A stretch of DNA of 64,000 nucleotides from positions 806,001-870,000 of the forward strand of contig OX337235.1 of the NCBI GenBank assembly GCA_946965045.2, in the 5' to 3' direction. A model generated the notes under the pieces. That model did not search any database. It was not told where the DNA came from and worked only from the letters and a program-made list of their open reading frames with translations. This DNA comes from Epithemia pelagica. Its lineage: Eukaryota; Protista; Bacillariophyta. How positions within the stretch are numbered: the first letter of the stretch is position 1; each line of letters begins with the position of its first letter. The position numbers were made by a program, and so were the translations under genes. Positions 33,262 through 45,796 of the stretch are shown here, piece by piece.

Positions 33262-34257
33262 ATGATGGTGAGCTACCGTCCTCGTGGTCCCCCTGGTGGC
33301 TCCTCGTCCCCCTTGTTCACGAGCAGAAGCTTCTTCCCGTTCTTATAAGTCGCTGTCCATCTGTTGGCGGTCTCCACAATTCCGGGTGTGGGTGCCATAA
33401 CTGTCTTATGCGGATGTGGTCCGTTGCGCCGTCAGATGTTGGAGGAAGATCAAGAGAAGAACGGAGAAGAACAGTGCCCCGAAGAAGAAGGTGAAGACGA
33501 AGGAGGATGTGGATCAATGGCACTTTTTTTTCGAGAACACCCGGATCATTCGAATCCGGACCGACGGTTCCTCGATTCGACGATCCTTCGTGAGAATTGT
33601 GGCCAGTACGGTTTTGACGCCTATATTGGTGTGTAGTCCTCTCACATGTGTCTCTTTGCGGTCCCTACCCCCGCTAGTACGGTCGATCCCACGTTTCCAA
33701 CCGAATGCGAGGCAGTGTCCTTCCACCTCAATGACCCATCCTCTAAGGAAATCCTTGGCCAGACTGTAGATCATTTTAACGATGGACAATTCCGCCCCGT
33801 TGGATCGTATCCCTTTGCAGATTTGTTGACCGCCTACGACAATGTGACACTCAAAAGTGACGACCCGACGTCTTACGACATTGTAACCAACAATTGTGCC
33901 CAAATCGTCCTGGCCATGATGTGTGCGCTCGGCATTGAAGTTACGGACGAGATCTTGTCGTGGACAGCCGATGCACTCCTATCCACGCAAGACGACGGCG
34001 ACGGTGACATACTCTTCCGATTAATGGCCAATAGCACCCATTTGGCCGATATTGGTGTTACGGATGGTCGTGAATTGGTGGCCTCTGACGTGTATGCTAT
34101 GGTGACCGCCTACGCCGGAAACTTCCATTGTTCGTCGCTCAAGAGTGCTGGCGGTGATGAAAAAGAATCATCCGCGTCGTCGTCCGCTATCTGGTGGATG
34201 ATGACGGTGGGTATCGGAGGGGCTGCCGCAATGATGGCTGCTTTGCCAGTTAACTAA
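33262..34257 (+). pseudogene. Permuted papain-like (LRAT/PPPDE-like) surface protein with two in-frame stops (TAA 33346-33348, TAG 33634-33636)
   Basis: One frame from ATG 33262 gives a signal-like segment, SSHMCLF (putative His), YDIVTNNC (putative catalytic Cys) and a C-terminal hydrophobic or GPI-like tail. The second stop could instead lie in a weak 45-nt intron (33633-33677). Confidence 0.6.
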
Positions 34258-35976
34258 CCTTTGAAACTATAGGATCATACTGAAAGTATAGTAGGAGTAG
34301 TACCTTGTGGAACGAGGATGCACCCACCACCATTTGCTGCCGAGAACAAGGAGACAGTCGTTATGATTTCTGTTTGTCTTGTTTTATGGATGCATCGATC
34401 GTTATTGTTGCTGTGCTTTCTTTACAGTACGTCCGCTCAGTTGGAGGTTGCACTTTTATTCATGGGAAATGGGAAATGGTAGACATTCCCCCACTGCCTG
34501 ACCATCGTCCGTCTTTGGTAGTATGTTGTTTGTCCCATTCCCATGACAGACTCCAGGCTCCAGCGCGAAAAGATCGAGATCTAAAGAGAGCGAATACAAT
34601 ATATGCTCCATACTTCTACATCAACACAATCAATGGACCGATACTGGATAATAGCACTCTTGCAATAATTTACAGACATGGCTTGAATTCGCGCACCAAG
34701 TACCATACTTGACGGTGGATTCGCCATTCACCGTTCCATATGGCTGGACACGGGATAAAGAACCAACCTTGTGTCATGAGAAAATCATAAACCTTGGGTT
34801 TAAAATCATATAGAACCAACAAGTTCAGCTATGAACACCCGCCGATAAGCCTCCCATGACCCAAAAAGCCTCGCATGACCAACCAATATTGCTTCGCCAA
34901 CACCGATGAGAGCTTTTGCTGAAAGTTCTGGGGATCTATACGCAAGGATTGGAATTTGGAATCGTGAGAGATCTAGCTAGAGAGGCACTCTTCTCATGGA
35001 GTTACCTTAGCTACCCCTATTGCTTCGACTGAGGGAGCTTTCATGAATGAATCAATCCTGTTCGACTGAGTTCAGTATGAACGATGTCGGGTAGATCGTT
35101 TAGATGGGGTTTGGGGTGGAGATTTCAGCAATGACTGCAAAACAGACATAGTCATCTGACAATGGATCAGGAAGTTCAATGACAAATTTGAACAGGGATT
35201 TGAAAGTTAATGTTGATAAAAATAAGATATCATAATATACAGATTTGTATATTTTATGATGTGTTCGGGTCATTGTGTTCACTGTAAATCGCGCAGGGTC
35301 ATAAGTCGATAAACTGTACAATTCAAGAATATATCTATTGTAATATACAAATATCCTGATTTCCCCAACCAACAACAAATGACTTTTACAAGCAGTTGAA
35401 TGATGGTGTATCAAGAAAAGAGGACGGCAGTCGTAACGGTACTCGTCGCCTTGCAACTTGGGGAAACAAAGGGTCGAATCGGGCGAGGAGGGCGCTTGCG
35501 CCCGACGAGCCAGTAATCAGTAGTAATCAGTAATGGCATGTCAATCGTCGGTAAGGGCCTTACGTGTTTGACACCAGGTCATTCGGGACTGCCGGATGCT
35601 TCAGTCGCACGTGTGATACCACGTAACACGTACCCCTCACACAGTCATCCCATCAACTCATCAGCATCGTACTGCCCTACACGAGGATACGAGACACGAC
35701 ACGGACTTCTCATCCTTTCACCAGGACGGATCTTGCAGTGCGCTCGCTGTGCTGCCTTTCGAATTCAATTTCACGCTGACATACCCAATTGAGACAGCAG
35801 AGCAGCCGTAGCGCATACATCGACTGGATCAGACCCGACTCCATCATCGTCCACAGCAGCAGCATCATACACTCAAGTCGAACCACAATCGACTTGAACA
35901 ATCTCATTAAACTGCTTAGCCCAATCCACATTCGCTTCTTGTAATTCTTGTTGTTGACACATTGTATTTCTGAAAA

Positions 35977-37176
35977 ATGAGAACGTTTTCGACCGCTGCC
36001 CTGTTCTGTCTCTTGACCACCAGTGCCACTGCCTTTGCACCGCAACCACTGCCCTCGGCCGCACGTCAAAGTACGACCAGTCTCAATATTTTGGATGAAC
36101 CCGATACAGCGCAATTGGCCCGAGCAGGTGTAAGTTGAACCCAATGCCCTTGTCGTCGTCGATTTCGACGGCGGCGACTACCATTGCTATATGACCCATT
36201 ATGAGTCAGTCATAAAAGTATCTCACATGACTTTTTACTTTTGTTTCGTTTGCTATCGAACAGGCCAAATACACACCTGGTGGCGCCGACACTGAGTTTG
36301 CTCGCAAATACCGTCATTTGGCCGGGGCCGAAATCCGCACCGTGGCCGAAGCCTTTGCCGAATTCACCAACGACTTTGGATACACGATCAACCCCTTGTA
36401 CAAGAATATGATTACCGATTTGGTGGGAACCACACATTTGATTACCGTCAATGCCCGATTTAAGCGCGATGAATTGTGGTGCCTGGGGATTTTGACCACC
36501 CTCGACTTGCTCCTAAAGAACTACCCCGAACCGGATATCAAGGACAAGCTGTTCGCGTCCCTCTTCAAATCGGTCGGCATGGATGTCGGTGAAGTCCAAT
36601 CACAAGCCGAAGTCATGCGACAATGGGTGCAAGGCAAGACCAAGGAAGATATTGAAGCCGCCTTGAATGGAGAAGGCGACTCTCCCTTGGCCCGCATTGC
36701 CACATCGATCAAGGGCGATGAATTCTGGATGTACAGTCGGTATTTCGGAATTGGATTGGTCAAACTCATGGAAGTGGTCGGCATTGACATGGACAAGGAC
36801 GAAGTCTACCCCATTATGGAAGACTGGATGGAAAACAAGTTGGGTCGATCCCACTTGACCGCCTGTGTAAGTCAAAGCTGGTCCAACACGGGATCGTTCC
36901 ACGAACATGTTGCAAAATGGACATTTCACTCATGATTTTGGTTTCGACTCGTCGTTACTTTGATATGAACAGGCGGACAGTGATTTGTTTTTCCGAGTAA
37001 AGGATAAGTTGGACATGATGGAAACCATGATGAAGGAAATTGAAATTCGTGAAAAGAAGCGCATGGCGGAACGATTGGAAGCCAAGGCCGAGGCCGCACT
37101 GGCAGCGGCCGAGAAGGAACAAAAATATCAAGACGAGGTGGACGCCGAGGCATCCAAGGAAACAGTCGATGCCTAA
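35977..37176 (+). CDS. THF1: Thylakoid formation 1 / Psb29, plastid-targeted; exons 35977-36129, 36264-36866, 36973-37176
   Basis: Bipartite presequence [22 protein letters not shown] and a THF1-like core (RTVAEAF...INPLYK...YSRYFGIGL). Two phase-0 GTAAGT...CAG introns restore one frame. Confidence 0.9.
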
Positions 37177-37899
37177 GCAATCTAACGACGCTTCGACCGC
37201 TACAATGTTTCGACGTAAATGACCACAAGAAGGACGGACTGTACTCCCAGTTCGACCGGGTCCGGCCTTTGCGTTTTCGGTCGGTAGACAGTTCCGCACA
37301 GTAGCAGCCCCTTGCACTCCAATCACCTCCACCTGTTTCATGCACAGACACATTACAACACTCAATTAAACATTAATATCGCTATCTCTTTGTATTCACT
37401 CTTCTCCTCTCCATGTGAAGGGATCTTTTATAGCAATATCACGTGAAAGGAACATTTTGTCCCAGGAGTAGGTCGAAAATCTCCTGGGTATGTCTGAAAC
37501 TTATGAAGCTAAGGGACCGCTATCTACTAGGAGTAGGAGTATCTACTGTCTATATCTACATGGGATGGGGTATCTTTTCTGCTGTGACAGACAAACGAGA
37601 AGGAGCGGTCATGCTCAACATATTACCCTAGAACAATTTAGACACTCTGATGATGGTAACGCGGGGGTGTTCGTTTGCTTCGCATCGAAATCTGACGCGA
37701 GATTCGTTCGTCATCCATCATCACGGGGACATCGATCAACAGACCCCGAGAGAGAAGAACCAGAAACCAATCGATCGCCACCAATCGTCGCAAGATCTTG
37801 CAACAAGACTTTTGATCTCATCATCATCTCATATTCATTCCTTGACTTTTGACGTGAACTTGATCAGGTAGAAATCGTTTCCTACACATTCAACCAACA

Positions 37900-38685
37900 A
37901 TGGTGGCACCAAATCTCAAGATTCATTCTGGGCCCACCTGCTCGGGTTTGCGCCAAAAACCTACTCGAAGAACGAATCAAGGAGTTCGAAGACATGCCAT
38001 CACAACAATCCTCTCGCTGTGGGCCGTTGGCCAGACTTTTGTTTCCCACGAATCCTCATCTTTGGTCTCGGCTTGGTCGCAAGGTCACTGTTCATTCTCA
38101 AGACAATCTCGTCCACAAAGATCCCACGGCTCGCTTCCCTGTCCCAGACAAGGCCATGTCGTCTGCCGATTGGCGTCTCAGCCTCCCGAGTTTCTCGACG
38201 ACGACATTTCCCGCTTAAAGGCCAAGGCCATGCTTGAACTGGAGAAGGCAAGAGCAAAATTACATCGATCACAAGAGGTTGATGATGAAATGCCTTCGAG
38301 TTCCACATCTGATGAGGAGATGACCGAGAAACGTGCCGTTCCATTTTTCGCCTCGGTCGAGACCTCCGACGACGAATCCGCGTCCTCCGAAAGACGACGT
38401 GAAGCAATGATCAAGGCGGTCGACCAAGACACGGGCTTGGTCACGGCAGATGGCGAGAAAATGGCGGCCTTGTCGGAGAAAGAAGAATGGCAAGTTCGAT
38501 CCTTGTTGGAAGTCTTTGAAAATGAATTGAATGAAAGTGATGGGGACGTCTATAGCTTGGCCTCGAAACAATTGGCGGAACGGGATGTAGCGGCATCCAT
38601 ATGGAATTTACGCAAAGAGTTGCAAATGGAAGATTACAAGAAAATCTTTGATGCCAAGAATCGGTTCATTGGAGAGACGGAATAA
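37900..38685 (+). CDS. Conserved-looking hypothetical protein, possibly plastid-targeted
   Basis: 261-aa ORF with a VSA-W cleavage-like site, an acidic helical middle and a compact C-terminal motif IWNLRKELQMEDYKKIFDAKNRFIGE. Confidence 0.7.
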   Translation: MVAPNLKIHSGPTCSGLRQKPTRRTNQGVRRHAITTILSLWAVGQTFVSHESSSLVSAWSQGHCSFSRQSRPQRSHGSLPCPRQGHVVCRLASQPPEFLDDDISRLKAKAMLELEKARAKLHRSQEVDDEMPSSSTSDEEMTEKRAVPFFASVETSDDESASSERRREAMIKAVDQDTGLVTADGEKMAALSEKEEWQVRSLLEVFENELNESDGDVYSLASKQLAERDVAASIWNLRKELQMEDYKKIFDAKNRFIGETE

Positions 38686-39198
38686 GTAGTAGAGGTTGGT
38701 ACGCGGTCACGACCACGACGACAAGACCTGAATTCCGAACAGCGTAAGAAATATACATCAGTGGAGATGAATGTCGTAGCTTGCATCGTGGTTACAAAAG
38801 CTACAACGCAGTCGTTGCGGGAAAAACGTGTTGGAGCATGAACGTCATCCGGTGCTAGTATCGTTATGCAAGTTGAAGCACCAGCAAATACCTCTGTTAC
38901 TTCCGAATGTACGTGTTCGTATGGCTAAGAGCACCAGCAAAGCTCGCATACATAAAAACAAGTGATTACTTCTTCGAAATTGATGCCTTCAAAGAGAGGA
39001 GTTCAGTAGAAAATGTTCACATCGGTGTACTCGAGGCTTTGTCTAGAGGCAGCCGTTCCTTCGAATCGTTCAGCCAGTCTCCGTCGGTTGACCTTCAATA
39101 CCATATTCATATCACAGGATTACACTTGATCGACTTTTTGAAGGCTAGAGAAGATGCGAAATCAACATCGTACGATTATGTAAAACAATCAATAAGGC

Positions 39199-39960
39199 CT
39201 ACTGGGCCACCTCTACTGACTTTGCCATTTCCTGTTCCACCATCTTGGCATCAGCCTTCCAATAGGTGAAAAGCTGGTTGGCCATTCCATCAGGAAAGAC
39301 ATCTTCCTCACCCTTTTTCAAGGCAGTAATCACAGCGTCGGCAACCGCGCTGGGTGGGGTCTTGTCAAAGGGGAGTCCTTCCGCCATTGCGGTATCAATG
39401 GGGCCCGGATACACTCCCACAACCAAACTGTTGGGCAAGTCGCGACGCTGGGCTTGCGTCAAGGAATGAGCCGCCGCCTTTGACGCCGAATATGTGCCGC
39501 CAACGGGAAAATTGACCAATGAAGCAATCGAGTTTATGTTTACCACGGCGCTTTCATTCGAGTTCTTGAGAAGCGGGGCAAAGCTACTGACAATGGCCAA
39601 CGGAGCGAGGTAGTTGACCTTGATCTCCTGCTGGACATTTGAAATCTCGTTCTCCAAGGAGCTTCCAGTCCCCGAAGAAAAGTAGCCCGCATTGTTGACC
39701 ACCAAGGTAACATCAGGACATTGCTCAGGAAGCCTCTTGATCGAGTCCAGATCCATGACATCCAAAGTCACTGCGACAACCTTGCCATCGCTCTCTGTCA
39801 CAAGATCTTGAAGGTCTTTGGTGTCTCTTGCTGTCGCATAGACCTTTTTGACACCTTGATCCAGGAGTGCATGAACGATAGCTCGGCCAATGCCATTCTT
39901 CTTGTTGGTGCCTGTCACGAAGGCCACCTGAGTTTCGAAGTTGATTGAAGTTGGAGACAT
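39199..39960 (-). CDS. Short-chain dehydrogenase/reductase, copy 1
   Basis: Motifs TGTNKKNGIG, NNAG, NINS and YSASK. Intronless, 253 aa. Confidence 0.92.
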   Translation of the reverse strand: MSPTSINFETQVAFVTGTNKKNGIGRAIVHALLDQGVKKVYATARDTKDLQDLVTESDGKVVAVTLDVMDLDSIKRLPEQCPDVTLVVNNAGYFSSGTGSSLENEISNVQQEIKVNYLAPLAIVSSFAPLLKNSNESAVVNINSIASLVNFPVGGTYSASKAAAHSLTQAQRRDLPNSLVVGVYPGPIDTAMAEGLPFDKTPPSAVADAVITALKKGEEDVFPDGMANQLFTYWKADAKMVEQEMAKSVEVAQ

Positions 39961-40375
39961 GGTTCTAGAATTCTTTTGAATTTTGCTTTGTTGTTGTTGC
40001 TTTGCAATGCTAAGTTTTTATGACCGTGTAATAGAACGAGCACCTTGAGAGCTGAGTCTCACAGGTGATGGGAGACTTCAATCCTCGGATCATCTTTGAA
40101 AATCAATGAAGCAACATCAAACCAAGTTTGCTCTTAAACGATGCATTCGTCATCCTCCGACATACCCCAATGAAGAAGGACTTGCCTCTAATAGCCTATT
40201 GGCTCTGAGCAAACTCTGAACATCATCGTTGATCATCGAAGGGTCAACGGCGAAAAGTGGATAAGTTGATAAAAGCGACCCATTAGCGACAGTAAAGGTA
40301 GACAAAAGGGCCGGGGGGCCCTGCACCACAGTCACTGACTGTGGTCACTGACTGTCCGTGCCCAACACTCACATC

Positions 40376-42217
40376 ATGCTTTCCGATCATCAGCCAAGCG
40401 GTGCAATTTCGCAGGCAGGTATGGTTTCACCCGAAGCTGAGATCCATTCTCACCCCAAAATGATAGCATTGGTGAACGGGTTGATGGCACTTAGCAAGTA
40501 CGGATTAGATCGCTGTTTTGGCGGCTTTGGACATACAAGCAACTGGGATTCTGAGTGTGAAAATCGGATGGTCGGCAATTTCAACAATATGTCAGGGTAC
40601 TTGAAATACTTGCCCCAAAAGGTAGAAACAATCGTCGACGAGTTGGCCACTTTAATGACAAGCGGCCGACTCAACGCTCGTAGCCGTGCATTGATCCAAG
40701 CCCAAATTCAAAATGAGTCTACCTTGTTAAACGCCACAGTCAAAGCACAGCAGCTGATTGCAACAACAAGTGAGTTTCATGCAACTGGAACAATCAATCC
40801 AACGAGTCAGCAAAGAGAAGCGGCTGTTGATCCTTTGCCCTCGTATCAACCTTACAAGGCCTTGGTTGTTGTGATGCTTCATGGAGGTTATGATTCGTAC
40901 AATGTGCTTGTACCAAAAACATGCAGTGGAACCAATTCGGCTGGACAAACCGTTGTCGAACAGTATAACCATGAACGAGGGACGATCCAAGTGCCTATCG
41001 AGAAACGAGACACGGTCGTAAATAGTACGGGAACTGGACAACCATGTGAGGAATTTGCGATTCATCGTAACATTTCGGTTGTTCGCGACCTGTACAATCA
41101 AGGAGACTTGTGTTTCTTCATGAACACAGGGCTTCTGAATCAACCTGTGACGCGACAAAACTTTGAAGCTCTCACGATTTCCCAGCTCTTTGCACACAAT
41201 GCAATGCAGCTTGAGCTTCAAAAGGTTGATCCTTATGATACTATTGTACACAGTGGATTTCTTGGTCGATTGGCATACATATTGAATCATCCATCCTACG
41301 ACTTTACCGCTCAAGCACTTGGTATCAATAGCTTGTGGCGAGCCGTTACAGATAACGTCACTTTGAATCCTCCTCCCATTGTGATGAGCGAATTCGGAGC
41401 TCAAAGATTCAACTCCAAGCCACAACAGGAAGCCTATGAACCGCGGCTCGAAGTTCAGGCACTAAACAATGTCACCCACATGGCAAGCAGTATCTTTGGT
41501 GAAACCTGGTCGGATCACTTCACCGATGCCATTGAGGAAAGCGACTTTTTCGCAGACGCACTTGCAAATGTATCACTTCCTTTGAAGTGCCCGTCGCGTC
41601 GAATGGACATGGTTTTGCAATTAATGGAGACCAGATATGAACGTGGAGTAGACCGTGACATGTTCTTCCTCGGTTTCGGATCATGGGACCATCATATCGA
41701 TCTTGAACAGCGCCTGGAGATTCAGTTGACAGCGTTGAATACCTCAATTGCCTGTTATGTGAACACTTTGAAAGAAATGGAGCTGTGGAACAACGTGACA
41801 CTTGTTGTCATGTCCGATTTTGGGCGTACACTCACGCCCAACTCCAACAGGGGATCGGACCGTACGTTGTGTGTTTGACATTTCCATTGCCGACGATCAC
41901 CGATACTCATGAGTAGTTCCTATTTTTTCTGTACTTTAGATGGATGGGGAGGTCATTACTTTGCTCTCGGCGGTGCATTGAGAGCAAAGAAATTCTTTGG
42001 AGAATACCCCAGCGATATCACGGTCGAGAGTGACTTGAATGCGGGTCGCGGAAGAATGATACCCACCTTGTCTTGGGAATCCATGCTGTTTCCAATGATG
42101 GAATGGATGGGTGCTCGGAAAGAGGACATTGCTTCGTACATTTTGCCAAACGTTTGGCAAGCGGATACACCGGTGATTCGCAGCACCGACATGTTTCTGA
42201 GTGACGAAGAACTCTAG
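40376..42217 (+). pseudogene. 5'-truncated DUF1501(/DUF1800)-type gene; intron 41862-41939
   Basis: Motifs LVVVMLHGGYDSYNVLVP, LFAHNAMQ, GSWDHH, MSDFGRTL and GSDH|GWGGHYF across a GTACGT...TTTAG intron. The frame begins abruptly mid-domain next to a palindromic junction. Confidence 0.7.
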
Positions 42218-43050
42218 TCCGATTATACGTATAGATCCTCCATGGCATCATAGAATTGAAAATTGTCCACTTGTACCTCATTCTCCCACAGAACTCTATT
42301 GCCATTGTCGTCATGTGAGGGTCTTTTCCAGTGGCCCAGAGCGCACCAACTCATTGCGAGAAAAGCCCCATCAATAAGCGGATATCACAATGGATCAATC
42401 ACGTAGTTCCAGTGGAACGAGAGAAATCTGCTGTTTATCCTCGATGGAATCCTAGAATGGACCATTTTCAACTTGTACCTCATTTGTTGTTCTCCCACAG
42501 ACAATTCCATGGCCGTTGTCGTCATGCAAGGGTCTTTCCCAGTGGCCCAGAGCGCACCAATGCATTAACAAAAGCCCCATCAAGCGGATATGTCACAATG
42601 GATCAATCACGTAGTTCCAGTGGAACGAGAGAACTCTCTTGGTTCGCCTGGAATTGCTTTTGTGATGGGTGGTTAACTTCTTTTGTGTTGGTCGGTGTGG
42701 ATTGGCAGAGGAGGAGGATGGTTCAGTCAGTCAGTCCTCGTGTCCACAATCCACAGTCACACTACACAGGATGATGCTCCGGAAACAACCGACTGACGGA
42801 TCCATATTCTGCTCTTGTTATTGTGCCAATGATCCAGTTCCGAATATTCGACAAAAAGTCTCGAAACTGAGGAGCATTTGAAGGCTTTGTTAGAGTTTGG
42901 ATGCCTGTCGTGCACGTGGTCTCGACGGAACGGATTGGGGGGCACACGGACACACAGGATGGAGTCGTCAAAGTCCACAGGGAAAAAGCCTTCATACTAA
43001 TAGGTCAGGAACGGTTGCATTCCCTACGTGCTCTCCTCCACATCCTCCTC
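42195..43050 (-). pseudogene. Decayed partial duplicate of the methyltransferase 3' region, with an internal tandem duplication of about 210 bp
   Basis: 42195-42720 aligns by eye with about 45605-45950 (shared GAAGAACTCTAGTCC, CAGAGCGCACCAA, GTTCCAGT...GAGAGAAATCTGCTGTTT). The block at about 42230-42435 recurs at about 42436-42640. Confidence 0.7.
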
Positions 43051-43392
43051 CTCCTTCTCTCGCTCGACCGCTTCCAAAATTCATCTTCGTACGGGCGTCC
43101 ATTTCCTCTTTTCGTTGTTTCGCTCTTAGCACACTCCAGAAACTCTGATCTCTTTCCTGGTTTCCACTGATATGGTTTGACGATTGACGACGAGAGTTGC
43201 TCTTCTGTGGGGAACCTTTACGCCCTAGCCAGCGCTTTAATACGATAAGCAGCACTTACGTCGCGTAACGTTATGCTGCCACACTCCATGCACGACCTAA
43301 CAGCGACAACATTGATCCGCGAGGGCGTAAGGGCTTACTCGTCAAAACTTTTGACAAGTGAACACACGCTGTGAACAGAGATTTTCTGTGAA

Positions 43393-44133
43393 ATGGACGG
43401 CCTTTCAGACATGGAATATGGAATTTTGGAAGCGTTCAAGCGAGCGGAGGATGATGTGGATGAGCACGTACGAAACTACACCAAGTCTCTTACGGTCGAG
43501 GGTATGGGTGGCGGCTGGTTCGATATGAATCTTGCCTCATTGCACGAACCTGTGGATCTGGCCCACTGTCGTACCTTTTATGCGTCCCCCCGATCCCTTG
43601 GCGAAATTGAACGCCCGGTCGACACACCGCGTAATCACCCCCTGCGTGCGATTGGGCGAATATGGAACGATGCCCCTCCCTAGTCCACCATTCGAGTTTT
43701 TGCTCCAGTGTGGACGGATTTGCCCGTCATGGATCTGCTGGTGCATCACGGTGCCACCAAAACGGTACAGGTCATTTCGCAGGAGAGCCGCAAGACTCGG
43801 GAACGATGGAATGCGTTTTTTGCCCTGTACGGGAGAATAGGAAAACGGGCCTTCCTCGAGAATGTGGAACTTCGCTTGACAAACGGCGACGGAACTTTGT
43901 GTCTGCAGGACAACTCCATTCTTACCAAGCGGTACACATCCTTTGGAAGCTACACGTTGAGCGCTGTGGCACGCGTTTGTCACTGGGAGTCGCTCATGAT
44001 TGTGGACACCAAGCCGCAGCACGTGGAACGGCTTGAGGAACTGTGGACTGCGCTTTCCGGTCGATCAATCGAACGTGTTTATCCAGAAATGGACGATCCC
44101 ATAAAGGGTCCCAAGCGTCAGCGTCGAACATGA
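43393..44133 (+). pseudogene. Possible PLD/HKD-nuclease-like gene with an in-frame TAG at 43681-43683
   Basis: ORFs 43393-43683 and 43708-44133 share a frame (WNDAPP*STIRVF). The C-terminal LQDNSILTKRYTSFGSYTLSAVAR..HWES resembles a degenerate HxKxxxxD...GSxN motif. Confidence 0.45.
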
Positions 44134-44621
44134 TGATTCTGCGTCTGTGATGGAGAAGCAAGAAGGAGGCAGCGACAGGTTTATTGTACCCCTTCACCCT
44201 TGCGCGGTGTAACTCGTGTGTTGATTATTTCGCGTAGAACTAGATACAGTCTCCGAGTCACACCATTGTCCCGGGCTGTTGGTGAGTGGCCCATGATTTT
44301 GTCGCGTGCAAGGTGGTGAAACGGTACGAGGGGCCTGTGACTTAAGGACTGATTGGGACATGAAACTCCATGACATTGGCACACGCTTCGTTGGTCCGAA
44401 ACTATATACTCCTTCCAAATGACGGTCTCTTCCAGTGGAGAAGTGGTCTTGGTTGTTCACAAAAACTTACCCAGGTTGTGATAAGCGTATAAGCATCCAC
44501 CTGTTTTGACTTTTCCTTCACGAAATAGCGACAACCTAAAGTTTTTGATGAGTGATTTGTGTAGTATCTATTAGTTGGTCATTATTAAATTTTATAAGGC
44601 TAACAACGAACGATAGCAAGC

Positions 44622-45375
44622 TTACTGCGCAACTTCTACAGATTTGGCCATTTCGCGTTCGACAGACTTGGCATCCGTCTTCCAGTTGTCAAACAAATGA
44701 TTGGCCATGCCATCGGGAAAGACATCCTCTTCACCCTTCTTCAAGGCTGTAATCACAGCCTCGGCCACTGCACTTGGTGGCGTCTTGTCAAAGGGAAGCT
44801 CTTCCGCCATGGCTGTATCAATCGGACCCGGATACACACCCACCACCAAACTGTTGGGCAAGTCACGACGCTGGGCCTGTGTCAAGGAGTGAGCAGCGGC
44901 TTTGGATCCCGAGTAGGTGCCGGCGACTGGAAAGTTGACCAAAGATGCAATCGAGTTGATGTTCACGACAGCACTTTCAGTCGAAGCCTTTAGCAGGGGA
45001 GCAAAGCTACTCACAATGGCCAACGGCGCAAGGTAGTTGACTTTCATTTCGTGCTGAACTTTGGCAATTTCATTCTCCAATGAGCTGCCACTTCCACCCG
45101 ACAAATAGCCAGCATTGTTAATGACCAAGGTCACATCGGGATATTGTTCCGGAAGTTTCTTGATTGCGTTCAAATCAGTGACATCCAATGCAACTGGGAC
45201 AACCTTCCCACTCTGTTCCGCAGCCAGGTCTTCAAGCTCTTTAGTATCTCGTGCTGTGGCATAGACCTTCTTGACACCCTCTTTTAGTAGAGCATCGACA
45301 ATGGCGCGTCCAATTCCATTCTTCTTGTTTGTGCCTGTCACAAAGGCGACTTGATTTTCAAGGGTTACTGATGAA
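44622..45375 (-). pseudogene. SDR copy 2, lacking its start codon and 5' region
   Basis: Coding frame nearly identical to the other copies from SSVTLENQ onward, but there is no ATG upstream before an in-frame TAA. The upstream DNA derives from the sulfotransferase 3' end. Confidence 0.75.
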
Positions 45376-45588
45376 CTCGACAAGTCGCAGGTCGGAGACG
45401 AATCCAAAACACATATCGAAATCACACACCATTCTGGTTACATCTGGTATCCAAATACTTGAAAATCTTCCCGGTACACCTGCTGTATTAATTTTCGAGT
45501 CCTATCAGTCAACAGAGAGGCCGAACGACGATTCTGGGCGGTTTCTATGGCAAAAGAAGACGAATGATTTCGTTGGTTTTGTTTGTTG
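45376..45588 (-). repeat. Inverted, diverged copy of the sulfotransferase 3' end and 3' UTR (about 54198-54419)
   Basis: The reverse complement contains GGCCTCTCTGTTGAC..GGACTCGAAAATT..CAGCAGGTGTACC..GATTTTCAAGTATTTGGATACCAGATGTAAC, matching the sulfotransferase C-terminus. Confidence 0.85.
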
Positions 45589-45796
45589 ATTCGCAGCACG
45601 GAACTGTTTCTAAGCGACGAAGAACTCTAGTCCATTTTCCTCAATGGAATCATAGAATCGACCATTTTCAGCTTGTACCTCATCTGTTCTCCCAAAGAAT
45701 TCTATTGCCGTTGTCGTCATACGAGGGTTTCGTGCATCTTTCACAGTGGCTCAGAGCGCACCAACTCATTGACAAAAGATCCATCAAGCGGATATG

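Noticed and set aside
45382-45384. SDR2 start codon mutated from ATG to TTG
   Set aside because: The TTGTCGAG sequence aligns with the sulfotransferase 3' UTR, so the start was lost by rearrangement rather than by point mutation.
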